A stretch of DNA of 62,240 nucleotides, filler included, from Nemertoderma westbladi (lineage: Eukaryota; Animalia; Xenacoelomorpha), in the NCBI GenBank assembly GCA_032718475.1. It is 3 parts of 3 records of this genome, joined end to end, with 100 filler letters (N's around TTAATTAATTAA, not from the genome) between each part and the next. Parts side by side here need not be neighbours in the genome. Positions count along the whole stretch, not along the records: positions 1 to 25,524 come from JAUCBJ010008586.1; 2 more parts are not named here. One strand, 5' to 3'. Below the pieces are notes generated by a model, which saw nothing but the letters and a program-made list of their open reading frames with translations, did no database searches and was not told the DNA's origin. The position numbers were made by a program, and so were the translations under genes. Positions 1 through 10,883 of this stretch are shown here, in pieces (position 1 is the stretch's first letter; every line of letters begins with the position of its first letter).

Positions 1-1737
1 TATTAACTTCTTAGAACCCTTAACTGTACACTTATATCTTATTTGTAAAATTAGTTTATTCGGTTTCTTGTTGAAACTTCCTTTTGATAAATCCTTTGTA
101 AAACTGTAAATATACTGCAATTTCCTGACATGTTTTCTTTTGGTCCGACTTCGGGACAGCCGAACACCAGGGAGATGGCAGCCTAGACCGTTAGGCCGTA
201 AGTAACGCAGGGAAGGGATGTCCACAACACGCTAGCGCCCACATTTGGATTGACCGCGCACCCCCTTTGCCCTTCGAAATACTCCACTTGCTATGCAGCG
301 CCCGCTTTGTGAGAAGGTAAGACTTTGTTCGATGCCCTTGCCCGCCGTAAGACCTATAGATCAGGGTAAGCGTGACACCGCACTGGACGCCGCAAATTTA
401 GGATCAAATAATTATATCCAGACACCCCCCCCCTTCTTGTCAGTCCTACGAACCCCTGGGTTAACCTGTACTTCCTACAGGTGCGAACTATTGCCATTCG
501 TCAGTACGCGAGTACATATTAGGTACGGACAGCATATGTTCCATAATTTAGTGATTCGTAGCACTGACTGTTTGGTACCGGTTCGCTTTGTAGAACGTAC
601 ATTAGTACCCCCCCCCCCCCTGTCTGGAGTTAGCTATTTGATCAGGCAAGGAGCATTTCTGCTACCGGCACACTGCTTGGCCTAGGGAGGTTTATTAATA
701 TCCTACCGCGCCTTGCCACGTACTGATAGGTATTGCTGCTAACTACCGCAGCAACAAAGTTCTAGAATTAAATTAGTATACCAGATCAGCTAACGTACGG
801 TAGCGATTAACCCCTATTCTTATCTTACAACCAGAATCTGGTATTAGTGCCGATCACGGGTGTAGTTACTAACACTGTGGTTGCCCACTGGGTTGTGGAT
901 AGGAAGGAGAGAGCTTTGACGTCATTCATGAGTATAAAGTTCTACAAACGCGACTAGTTTATTTTAGTAGCTAGCGCACGGTATCATTTTAGTCAGAAAA
1001 TCACTAAAACCTAGTAAAAGGAATTACTCGAAATTGTTTTATTTGTAACACACCCACACACACACGCCCTAAAACATATCGCCCTTAAAGTTCTACTAGC
1101 TATAGCGTACTATACATTACGTTAGGTGGAAATTATCTGTATTTGTAAAATTAGGATCTGATTTAGTTGCGGCAATAAGGAGTATTTCATTTTCGTTATT
1201 AAACTGTTGTTTGTCTGGACAACGGTATTGTTACATTTAGGCCTGACCTTTTAGACTGATTTCGTACAGGGGGATCAGTTATTGTTACATTTAGGTACGA
1301 CCCCTTTTCGACTGATTTAGGACTGTCAGTGTTGTTACGCTAGGTCTGTTAACCCACTAGCTCGTATATAAACCATATAAATCACACCGCGGCAAGTTAC
1401 TGTATTTAGGACTGTCAGTGATAGTTAGGATTCGCTGCGCGGGGATTGTTTTCCCGTGAGTTTGGTCTGTTACTGTAACTGTACATCTGCCTCACCGGTT
1501 AGAGGACAGGTATCCTTCTGTCTAGTACGTAGGCATTAGACCCGCTCACGTACATAGAATAGATACAAGGCTCTGTTCCTCGCCAGTAGTCGTTTGTGTA
1601 CTATATCTGTTTGTTTAGATATCCTGGACTGGGATTTGTTGTCAGATACTGTACAAGCCCGTATACATTACTAGAGTCTCATAGTAAGATACATCGTTAC
1701 TAGGATCTGGTAAGCGGTATACTACTGGACCCTTACA
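1..1737. mobile_element. LTR-like non-coding segment ending in ...CCCTTACA, truncating the P-element ORF
   Basis: Transposase similarity stops abruptly at 1737, where the sequence ends in TTACA (TGTAAG on the minus strand), an LTR-type terminus. It has short internal duplications (TATTGTTACATTTAGG at ~1226 and ~1280) and no credible ORF. The other end is outside the window. Confidence 0.35.
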
Positions 1738-3805
1738 TTTACAGTAATTGACTGGTTAGAACCGGTCATACCACGCAGACATCCGAACTCACCCTCCAAG
1801 CGATCTTGGTAAACTGTTCCAGTAAGAAAGTATGTGAACCCGCTACTTAAAAGGTAGCGAGAAAGGTCTATCATACTGGCCGTCGACTGGCACAGCGCCC
1901 TGTGGGTATCTGTTGTAAGACTCCGTATGCGACGGACACCAATACCGTGAGGGAACGAGCGAAATTCCCCCACTAAGCCCTTCAGCGACTCGATGGCAGC
2001 ACAGTCGGATGATGTTATGGCCTGTCGATGATGATCTTTAAATCGGATCGTTTCCCCAATCGACTTTACATTCATCAGTTTCCACCATGTCAACACCTGT
2101 AACAGCAGTAAACAAAACACGATATATTATTTACATTGTACAGTACATTATTTATAGAATTACGAACTTGAATATGCCAGATAAAATATAAATAAATCGA
2201 TAATATAAAATATAATATATTAATATTAAATAGGAATAATTAAATAAATTAAATATATAATATAAATTAAATAAGTAAACTATTAATAAAGGCATAATGC
2301 CATTTTGCCCCGCATAGGGGCGCATTTATCATTAAAAAAATATTAAATAATATTAATATTTTACTAAGGTGCCTAGGCCCATCCGCATTTACATACCTGT
2401 TCTAACACTTCCGCAGTACCAGATCTACTCGAAAGAAACAACGCAGCTACAACACGGTCGTTAAAAACGCAAAGCACATGGTTGACATTCTGCTTCTGTA
2501 AGTTGGATGGGTTGATAGCTGCCTTTGTTAGTGACGTAAGACGTAAGACTCTGGACTTGTCTTCCTCGTACAAGTCCACTATATCACTCCATTTACCGAT
2601 AGCGCAACCAAATTTGAGCTCCCGATTCTTCTCAGTTATCCAATTGTTGTGGATACACTTTAACACATGGACGGGATCAGGAATCAAGAATAGATGTCGA
2701 GTTGAATCCAAAGGATGATGTACTTTCCATAGCTCTAGTCTGTCCTTATCCTCTATTTCATCACGAAATAGATTGTTCAAGCAATTGTTGGCCCGGAGGT
2801 TGTCGTTAACCAAAGCAACAATATCACCGCCATGTTTGTGGAAAGAGGTAATTGCTTCCTTGATACACGTATGGGCAAATAGGGCTGTCATGGAATGAAC
2901 TGGAATCATCTGCACCATCACTGAAGGTCCCCCGTATAAAATCTTAACCATCAAGCAGAGGACTGAGTTGGCCAACTCCGATGGGTCATCCTTAGCGTAG
3001 CCAAACACTCCAAGTCCTTGATACAATAGTTTGGGAACCACCTTTACTTCGTCCGTTATAAGAATCGCCTTTGGGGATTCGGCAGCAGGCGTACCAGTTG
3101 GTAAGCTGTTCTTTGCTTTACGAATGGCCGTTTCTATGAGCAAATCACTGGTGACTCCCTGTTTTAGCGATCTTATCTTCCTTTCGCATGGAAGAATAGC
3201 AATCTGCCGCAGTATACTATATGGCAGACGCGGGTAACCCTGAACAGCCAGTAGATAATCCGACTGTGAGTAACACTTCGAACCGCTACAATGCAGCTGC
3301 AACTGATGGGATATAAACTCCAGCTGGGTTTTGTATTTATAATCAGAGCTGGAGGCGATAGCGTCATCAATCAACTCTCGGGCTTTCAGCAGCAAGTTCT
3401 CGGTCGTTCCTACCACGCTTCGTTTAACTGCGACAATAACCTCCAACAGCTGGGACCAGCGAATGAGCTGCGCGTTAGGAGCAAGGCAATAGTTGAGCGA
3501 TATACGTTTGTTAGTAGGATTAAACGCAGTAACATAGATATCACTGCAGAGAAGCTGCCTCGTTTCAATACATATATATATATATATATACATATATTCA
3601 AGCGTAGGAATCGCTGACAAAAACATACAGCATAATGAAATCAGCAGTTATCTTAACAAATATATCGACGGATTCAACACGAACATCGTTGCGAATCCAC
3701 GTTTTGACATCATCACGGAAGATATCGAACCCGCCAATTACATCCCGGCGGTTTAGCGATTGAACCTGTCGCTCTTCGACCGGTGGCTCCGCTCGTAACT
3801 TCCCT
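1738..3805 (-). pseudogene. P-element/THAP9-family transposase, spliced, disrupted
   Basis: Motifs LITDEVKV, LVNDNLRAN, PDPVHVLKCIHNNW, LQKQNV and YQDRLEGEFGCLR match P-element transposases. Two exons are joined by a GT-AG intron, with a (TA)n tract near 3572-3591. It is cut at ~3805 by a LINE tail and at 1737 by the LTR-like segment. Confidence 0.8.
2097..2396 (-). other. Phase-0 GT-AG intron of the P transposase (300 bp)
   Basis: Donor CAG|GTATGT at 2396, pyrimidine-rich acceptor TTTTGTTTACTGCTGTTACAG|G at 2097, and a very AT-rich interior. Splicing joins EVLEQ to VLTWWKLMNVK in frame. Confidence 0.7.
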
Positions 3806-5661
3806 AGATAGATAGATAGATTTATTTATACATTATGTAAAAACAATAACAAATACACCAAACAATGTACCGGTATAAAGGTATTGTCCAACATAACATA
3901 TAGGATTACCCCTAAAGCTTTGCAGCTTATTTCCAAGGGGGTCCTTTATGTTACCTGGTTACAAATACAATATTACACTACGCTAACCTAAAACCAATAT
4001 AAAACGTAATTACACTATGTACATGTACAACTTTACCGAGAGCGTGACAATGCCCGACTCAACGATAAAGATGTAATGTACAGAACAATTTATTATAAAA
4101 CGTAATTACAGTATAAATAGTAAATAATTAATAAACTAATAACTTACTGTAGGACTATTGTACCTATTTTTACATTGCACACGGAGATGAGATTTAACTG
4201 CAGATTTAAAAAGGTTGATTATCTAGGTTTTTAATTTCATTAGGCAGAGCGTTCCAATTTTTTATGCCGTTAAAAAAGAAAGTATCAGATTCAAAGGATT
4301 TACAATTCGGGAGGTAGAAGTTTGAAGCACTAGCTCTGGTACTGTAAGAGTGTGTATCGCGTACTCTGTTGAATTTTTGTTTTAGGTAATTGGGACATTT
4401 ACCATTATACACTTTATGCACATGGTTAAGGCGTAGCTGCTTAACTCTACTATCTAAGTTAAGTTAGTCCAGATTCAGAAAAGTCATCTGGAGTTAGGTG
4501 GTGCCTAGGTTTGTAGTCTTTAATAAATCGTACTACTTTATTCTGAGCTACTTGTAATTTACATTTAAGCTGTTTGGTTAAGCCTTCATACCAAGAAGAG
4601 CACGCATAGTCCATGTGACACTGTATTAAAGAAGAGCAAAGTAACTTGCGGGAGTCGGTGTTCAAACTATTTTTATTTCTGTATAGAAACCTAAGCCTAC
4701 TGTTAACTTTCGAGAAAATATTTTTCACTGTACTTTCTCCTGATAAGCAGTTATCCAATGTGGCGCCTAAATATTTAACTTCCTTTTTATTTTCAATCTT
4801 ATGTCCATTACTAGTGACTTCAAACTTAGTTACCTTCTTTAACTTTCTTTTGGAACCAAACAAAATACTTTCAGTTTTACCGTAGTGAATGGATAGCTTA
4901 TTATCAACCAACCACTCATTACAGGATTCTAGAACTGCACTTAACTTTTGGGAAATATGGATAGGATCTTTATGAGAGAAAATAAGAGCACTGTCGTCGG
5001 CATATAAAATGAGTTTAAAATCGGGATCTATACTACTTATCATATCATTTACATAGCATACAAAAAGCAGAGGACCTAATATACTACCTTGCGGTCAGCT
5101 CTCGGGGCAAATACCACACCCTGGTTTGCCATTCCACAGGGTGGGTGTCGCAATTGAGTCAGATATGAGGCCCATCACCCATATCTACTCTGGCGCACAT
5201 GACCCACCATTGGCTGTTGCAGCTCATCTGCTGGGTCATGCCCTGTACCCTTGCTGCCAGGTGCAGGTCGCAGTGAAGTGCTCTCAGAGTGGACATGAGA
5301 ACACTCTACTCCTGACCAGCCATTGGTAGATCACCATCTGCCTGGTCAGGCCATATACCCCTGCAGCCAAGTATATGGGTCCTTAATCCAGGACCAAGGG
5401 CGTCCTTATCCCAGAACGAAGGGGGTCCTAGTTACAGGACCAGATTTGCCCTAGTAAGAGGGTCTATGCAGCTACAGGTGGCACCTCCTTTATGCTGCAT
5501 GGAGGTGGCAAGTTTTCTTGATCAATGACCTAGAATACTTGACCTGACCTGACCTTGCGGTACACCACAGGTAATCTCTTGTACAGTAGACTGCGATTTG
5601 CTAATGACTACAGTTTGACCTCTGTCTGACAGGTAGGACTTGAACCAGTCTATAGAACCTA
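3806..5661 (-). mobile_element. 3' part of a CR1/L2-group LINE (RT C-terminal half) with (TATC)n tail
   Basis: WFKSYLSDRGQTV...ITCGVPQG / SILGPLLFVCYVND, LYADD, KYLG and MDYACSSW motifs. The 3' end is AATAAA followed by TATC repeats at ~3806-3830. It is interrupted at 5096-5551 and cut at 5662. Confidence 0.85.
5096..5551 (+). mobile_element. Short non-LTR insertion (SINE or 5'-truncated LINE 3'UTR) with (TGACC)n tail and TSD
   Basis: It splits the LINE GVPQG motif. ACCTTGCGGT is duplicated at 5086-5095 and 5552-5561, and the insert ends in TGACCTGACCTGACC. Confidence 0.75.
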
Positions 5662-6951
5662 TGTTCGCGCTTTCAGACCTTTGGCAGTTTAACCCGCCAA
5701 ATTAGGATGTCTTCTAGATAATAAATCGCTTTTAGCCTCTGACAAGTATTTGATTCACTACACTAGTTGAAACCAATCTGTGCGCGATCATTCACCCGCT
5801 GGATATACCCGGGAGATTGACTTCGATGGCTTAATCTTATTGCTATGTAAGCCTAATGTATTATTCGACTGACAGTATTATATAATCTCTGACAATATTA
5901 TTCACCTTCGGGGAATATTAACAGTTCCTTTTGGACGTGGCGCTCTATCTATATAAACAGAGCTATGACTTAAACTACATGCAACGATATGGCTCAGTTA
6001 TAATTCACATATATGGCGCATTCTTTAGGAAATGCTTCGTTATAAGTCTCACTCATACACAATGCTGCACAATACTGCACACTGATCTGCCGATCTTCAC
6101 TGATTTTAGTCACATATCAAAGGAACACAGACCGACTCATGTAGGGTCTATCAGATAACATTAGATTCACTTCAAACCACTTTAACATAAGTCGCAATCG
6201 TTATATGTAACCTGTCTCTCTTACCTTCGGTATATCAAGAATATTGGTTTTCGGGGATATTTCTCGTTATTCCAAATATAATATTTCATCAACAAATATA
6301 ATGAATAACCGACAGCAAAATCAGTAAAGTTAAGGTATGAATGATTATGAATAAGTAAGCAAGTATGAGAGTAGAGATTTGTTAAGATTGATTTGTTTGA
6401 TAACGGATATATGTCCTTATAATTAAGCCTACTAGTGTTAGGCTAAAAGCAGAAAAGCACAAAATATTCCAAAGCCGTTCTTTCCTGGCTCAGGACAGAA
6501 TGATAACACTGCCCATAATGCATTGCGTGATTTCTCGGAAATTTCTGTACAAGAGCCGTAAAAACGGTCTGATTGGTTGACTGAACTAAGAGACACCGTA
6601 GAACAAAGAAAATCGACACGTATGAATATCAGCTGTTAACCGTCGTCATAGTAACTACTGTTCAAGAGTATCTAGCCCCTTTTGCGTCACGGAATTGCCA
6701 TAGAATCATCAACTATGCCTTCCACAGTACACATACGGAAGAAATAGCTCTTAGATCCTCTAAAAACACCGATACAGCAATAATACGGTCTCTTACGCCT
6801 ATTAAATCCACTACAGAGTATTTTAATGGGAAAATAAGAAAAATAACGGGGCAATTCAGCAAAAGCTTTTATACCGCTCCCAGAAAATGGGATTTTCAGT
6901 CTATAAAATATAAAAATCACAGTTTCTAAAACATAAAGATACTCTAAACAG

Positions 6952-8013
6952 TTAGTCTTTCTTACGCGGACGGCGTTTACGCAGTTTTTTGAGGCTAGCA
7001 AGAGTCTTTTTCTCTTTGGGGCGAGCCACTTTACGAGGAGGGCTGTAGCTCCTAGGCGAAGGGTGCAATACAATTGCATCAGAAGGTGTAGGGTTACGAT
7101 CGGTATACCCGCCGGTCGAAGTACCTGGTTGATTGATATCAACCTCAGTGGAGCGAGGTCTAACGGCCTTTAGAGCGCGTCTCAGGACAGCAGTTCCTAC
7201 GGGTCCTTGACGGGTCGTCTGGACACTAGCAGTGGGTGGACCGTGAGTGGTGAGGAACTTTCTCGGTTTAATGGTTCTCTCCAACTCGCGTTCTCGGGTT
7301 CGATATTCATATGGTCGCCGAGATACTTCCTGTAGTTCAGGATGCGAGTTCACAAAGATGTCGCCATACTCAGGGTCCTGACGGATAAAATTGATCAGGT
7401 GATATGTGGTTATATCATTAGGGTTAACGTTTCTAAGGTATTTTCTGACAAACTTGGTGGAAATACACTCACCAACACGCTTCATTAACTCGTAACTTGG
7501 TACGCGTGTTTTCTGTTCAATCGACGCGAATAGATAAGGATGGAACGCGTAAACTCCCTCGTAAGCTCGTCCAGGATAATAGCGATGTCGGGATTCGCAA
7601 TGTAAATCCGCGTTCGCTTCCCAAGCTCGGATGTATCGCAGGGTGATCATCTCATCTACGCTCTCTAAATCGCGATTAAAGGGACAATTGTAACTTTCAT
7701 GTCCTTTAAGTTGACAGTAGTGACATTGAGTCATAAATTGTGGGCAGACGGCAAAAATATGAGAGTTATTAAGTCTGCAATAAGCACAATATATTTCCAT
7801 CATCGGTTGTTTGAGGAAATAGGAACAAGGTACGTTTGAGTCTAGAGGGGTGAAGTGGTCTCTCGATGCGCATAATCGACAACGTTTTCGAGAAACATAG
7901 TTGGCGTGTCGATAATCGTACGCTGTGAGATGTTGTGGACCTTGATACCACTCTATGACATAATCATTATCACTGCTCCGGGAAGCTGTAGGCTGAATCG
8001 CTTCTGATTCCAA
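6952..8013 (-). CDS. Triple CCHC zinc-knuckle region with basic C-terminal tail
   Basis: CRLCASRDH...C, CAYCRLNNSHIFAVC, CHYCQLKGHESYNC, ending LKKLRKRRPRKKD. The C-terminus is conserved in 15950-16294. It overlaps the upstream ORF by 61 nt in another frame, probably a frameshift. Confidence 0.72.
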   Translation of the reverse strand: MESEAIQPTASRSSDNDYVIEWYQGPQHLTAYDYRHANYVSRKRCRLCASRDHFTPLDSNVPCSYFLKQPMMEIYCAYCRLNNSHIFAVCPQFMTQCHYCQLKGHESYNCPFNRDLESVDEMITLRYIRAWEANADLHCESRHRYYPGRAYEGVYAFHPYLFASIEQKTRVPSYELMKRVGECISTKFVRKYLRNVNPNDITTYHLINFIRQDPEYGDIFVNSHPELQEVSRRPYEYRTRERELERTIKPRKFLTTHGPPTASVQTTRQGPVGTAVLRRALKAVRPRSTEVDINQPGTSTGGYTDRNPTPSDAIVLHPSPRSYSPPRKVARPKEKKTLASLKKLRKRRPRKKD

Positions 8014-9074
8014 GCATACTGGCTCATCCTCCAGCTCATAGTCGAAGTGGGGGCGTCTGTCTCAGTAAGTGGACCCACTGTCTGTATTTCCACGACAGAA
8101 TAACCTGTAGGTATTCGGGGTCTTTGTATAACAGATGAATGTAAGTTCTGTATACAAACGTCTTGAAAAACGGCAAATCCAGCGCTACTCAGTTTCTCCG
8201 CAGCTGAGTCTCTCAGACTGAGTTTGGTCAGCGCGCGGTCCTTGAACTGACTATCGACGTTACGGAACAGAGTCAGAAAGCGCCGGAAACATTCGAAACG
8301 TATAAACTTATTATGTTCGTCTAACTTGGCGAGTTTGGTTCCAAGTATTAATGGATGAGCGCGTATGGTACGACTGCACACATCGGCTAGCCAACCGGCA
8401 AGTGCTGCGTTTTCAAAGATCGTGTATATAGCTAAGGAAGGGCGAAGTGGAACACTCATAAAGCTATATACGGCACCAGGTGCAGTTAATGGTCCATCAA
8501 AATATAAACGAGAGTAATGATCTCCATATACTTGCTGGTAATTGATAGGATTTCCAACTTTGAAATTCCATCCATATTCTTGAAAGGCAAGATGTCCGAT
8601 GGATGTCCGTTGTACTTTAGTAATGCCCCTGGGTGTATTGGCATACATCGTGCGAAAGAAACCTCGGCCTTCGGCCCAAGGAGCAATCAGCTGAGTATCA
8701 ACGAAAGGGTATGGAATGTTTTCCATATTCCGAAAGTCGTTTTGGAGATCTCCATAAACAGCTGAGCCGATTTTCAGGATTCTTTCGTTAAACAACATTT
8801 CGAGCACAGGTTGGGGTAACATTGATCCATCGATACCCATGGCCGGTTTGCGCTCGGTGTCGGTGACGTAACGCTGCGCGAGCTCGAATTGTCCATGTCG
8901 AAGTTTCTTTTGTGTCTCCGTAAGAGTTTCAAAAGAATAATCAATCACGTCGGAACACGCTTGAGTGAATACGTGGGTAGAACCAGCAAGTCCTCGTATA
9001 TGTATCATTCGCGTAGTTCCTAGTTCTCCCACCGGAACGCTACCTTCGTTGTCATAAGTAACAACGCCATACAT
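7953..9074 (-). CDS. DEDDy-type (WRN/EXD/mut-7/RNase D-like) 3'-5' exonuclease domain
   Basis: ExoI-like VVTYDNEG; LPQPVLEMLFNERILKIGSAVYGDLQ (LP..L..L....lKvG.....D, ExoII); FVDTQ; TSIGHLA; divergent ExoIII-like PLRPSLAIYTIFEN. Recognised by eye. Confidence 0.62.
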   Translation of the reverse strand: MYGVVTYDNEGSVPVGELGTTRMIHIRGLAGSTHVFTQACSDVIDYSFETLTETQKKLRHGQFELAQRYVTDTERKPAMGIDGSMLPQPVLEMLFNERILKIGSAVYGDLQNDFRNMENIPYPFVDTQLIAPWAEGRGFFRTMYANTPRGITKVQRTSIGHLAFQEYGWNFKVGNPINYQQVYGDHYSRLYFDGPLTAPGAVYSFMSVPLRPSLAIYTIFENAALAGWLADVCSRTIRAHPLILGTKLAKLDEHNKFIRFECFRRFLTLFRNVDSQFKDRALTKLSLRDSAAEKLSSAGFAVFQDVCIQNLHSSVIQRPRIPTGYSVVEIQTVGPLTETDAPTSTMSWRMSQYAWNQKRFSLQLPGAVIMIMS

Positions 9075-10667
9075 CTAGATAACGTTAAGAGTCTCGTTCC
9101 ATTCTTTAGTGGCGTTTTCGAGAGTCATTCCCACTGGATGCCACAAAGTAGCGCATTCGCTAGCATTGGGTAAGTCTCTATACTTTAAGCATTGTGTGGT
9201 ATAGGTTTCCACATCTCCATATCGTTTTATTCTTTCTTCCTCGAATAACACGTCAAGATTCCAGTGCACTAATCGAGTTTTAATGAATCCATCAAGATTG
9301 TACGGAGGTAATATTTCTTTCTCTATTCTAGAAATATTATACGGTTTTCGAAATGAGTTTAGTTTAACTAGCTGATCTAGATGTTTTTGTAGTTGTTCAA
9401 GTTCGACAAGATCGAGAGGATTGATTAATGGTAGAAACCTCAGACTATGCGTAGGATCTTCCGGTTTTACCATGTAATATTGCTTTAAATTGACGTAATA
9501 AGGGTGATCCTTAATTCCATAAAATGAGTCCGGTAAAGGTCTAGCGCGTATGTTAACATCGTGCACCATGCGACGGACAAGATCCGCTCTATTGTTCGGA
9601 GGCTCAACAAGTACACCATCGACACGAGCAGCCTCGATGGGTGGACGTTGTAGCATGGGAGCGTCAGCAATGAGCTCTTGAGATCTGAGATTGGTATTAA
9701 CCGGTTGAGGTTGTACCGTAGCAAAGAGCTTGTCTTTAAAATGAGGAACCATCGAGGGGTGGAGGATCGTTTTGGAATAGAGATCCGTCACGAGAATTTG
9801 AGCTTCTGGTTGGGCTAAAGCTGCTTCTTCCCTCTCAGTCAGCTCTATATGTCTCTCCTTGAGCTGATTTTCCTCCGCTTGTTGTTGCAAGCGCTCGTCC
9901 AGGAATTCCTGTAAAGAGTAGGTGCGTCCACGTTCGATGTCCTCCTCTAGATTTTGTATTTCTCTATCGAACTGGGGTAAAGCTAGTTCTTTCACCGCTT
10001 GGACTTGTTGTTGCAATTTATGTTTCTCCAAGCAATCGTAAGTTCCTTTTCCGATTTTCTGCCGAATAGCGTCCAATGCATTTCGTATCACGGTCTCTTC
10101 GACTTCTGTAACAGGTTGGATCGGAGGGAGGCCAGGACGGTTGTAGGGGTTAAACGGTGATATTAGATGACCGCGTCCTAGTCCAGTGAGGTAAGGTTGG
10201 CGAATATCTAACGAACCCACTACCGGAGTGCCACCAATCAACTGTTCAGGTAACACTAGATCTTTGAACAGTGAGTACAGCTCGGGAGGATCCGTAATAC
10301 TATTAGGATCGAGAGTTTGAGGTATCACTTGGGAATGAGGAGGTCTGACCGAGTATTCCGGAATTCTGATCATGGGTTTATTCAATGATCGCTTAAGGCG
10401 CGCGACCGTAGGTGATACGTCGAAAAGGTTTCGCTCGAAACTCCCATAAGTATATCGCGTAAAACTGTGTTTAGCGCAACGTCTCCGCGGATGTTTATGC
10501 CTTTCGATTTGCTGGTTAGGTCTAGGGCATTCGTCACAGTAATACCAAAGACGCACGTCTTGAAGGGGAAACGCGGGTGATCGCTCTCCAGTTTTACAAT
10601 ATTCCTCCATCTGTTCGAAGCTATCTGGAACGACAGGTAGTGGTCGATCGGCGGTAAGATACATCAT
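9075..10667 (-). CDS. N-terminal part of the extra gene: Cys/His cluster plus coiled coil, function unknown
   Basis: 530-aa ORF containing CDECPRP...HKH...CAKH and a Q/E-rich helical segment. A homologue lies at 15185-15935. A single TAG separates it from the in-frame ORF 7953-9074. Confidence 0.7.
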   Translation of the reverse strand: MMYLTADRPLPVVPDSFEQMEEYCKTGERSPAFPLQDVRLWYYCDECPRPNQQIERHKHPRRRCAKHSFTRYTYGSFERNLFDVSPTVARLKRSLNKPMIRIPEYSVRPPHSQVIPQTLDPNSITDPPELYSLFKDLVLPEQLIGGTPVVGSLDIRQPYLTGLGRGHLISPFNPYNRPGLPPIQPVTEVEETVIRNALDAIRQKIGKGTYDCLEKHKLQQQVQAVKELALPQFDREIQNLEEDIERGRTYSLQEFLDERLQQQAEENQLKERHIELTEREEAALAQPEAQILVTDLYSKTILHPSMVPHFKDKLFATVQPQPVNTNLRSQELIADAPMLQRPPIEAARVDGVLVEPPNNRADLVRRMVHDVNIRARPLPDSFYGIKDHPYYVNLKQYYMVKPEDPTHSLRFLPLINPLDLVELEQLQKHLDQLVKLNSFRKPYNISRIEKEILPPYNLDGFIKTRLVHWNLDVLFEEERIKRYGDVETYTTQCLKYRDLPNASECATLWHPVGMTLENATKEWNETLNVI

Positions 10668-10883
10668 CGTAAAATAGAGCCGTTTCGGACCTCTTCCATA
10701 CAGCTGGATCGATGGTTTCCTTGGCTACTCCCATCCGGTGTATGTCTTCCCAGGCAGCTTCTGATAAATCAAACGGGAGTCCGGGTCCGGGGAAGTTCCG
10801 GGATTATAGAGTTTTCCGACGAGATTCAGGAGATCTGTAGACAACTAGATTGGTTAGGTAAGTCTCATGAATACCAGAATTCT

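Larger units (their letters stand above)
5662..10850 (-). mobile_element. Left (inverted) copy of the exonuclease-gene element, 3' ~5.2 kb
   Basis: It starts sharply inside the LINE at TGTTCGCGCTTTCAGACC, the reverse complement of the end at 17547. It is homologous in inverted orientation to ~15185-17547. The inner boundary is approximate. Confidence 0.7.

Noticed and set aside
293-685. 130-aa ORF
   Set aside because: It has no recognisable motif and lies in an LTR-like non-coding segment.
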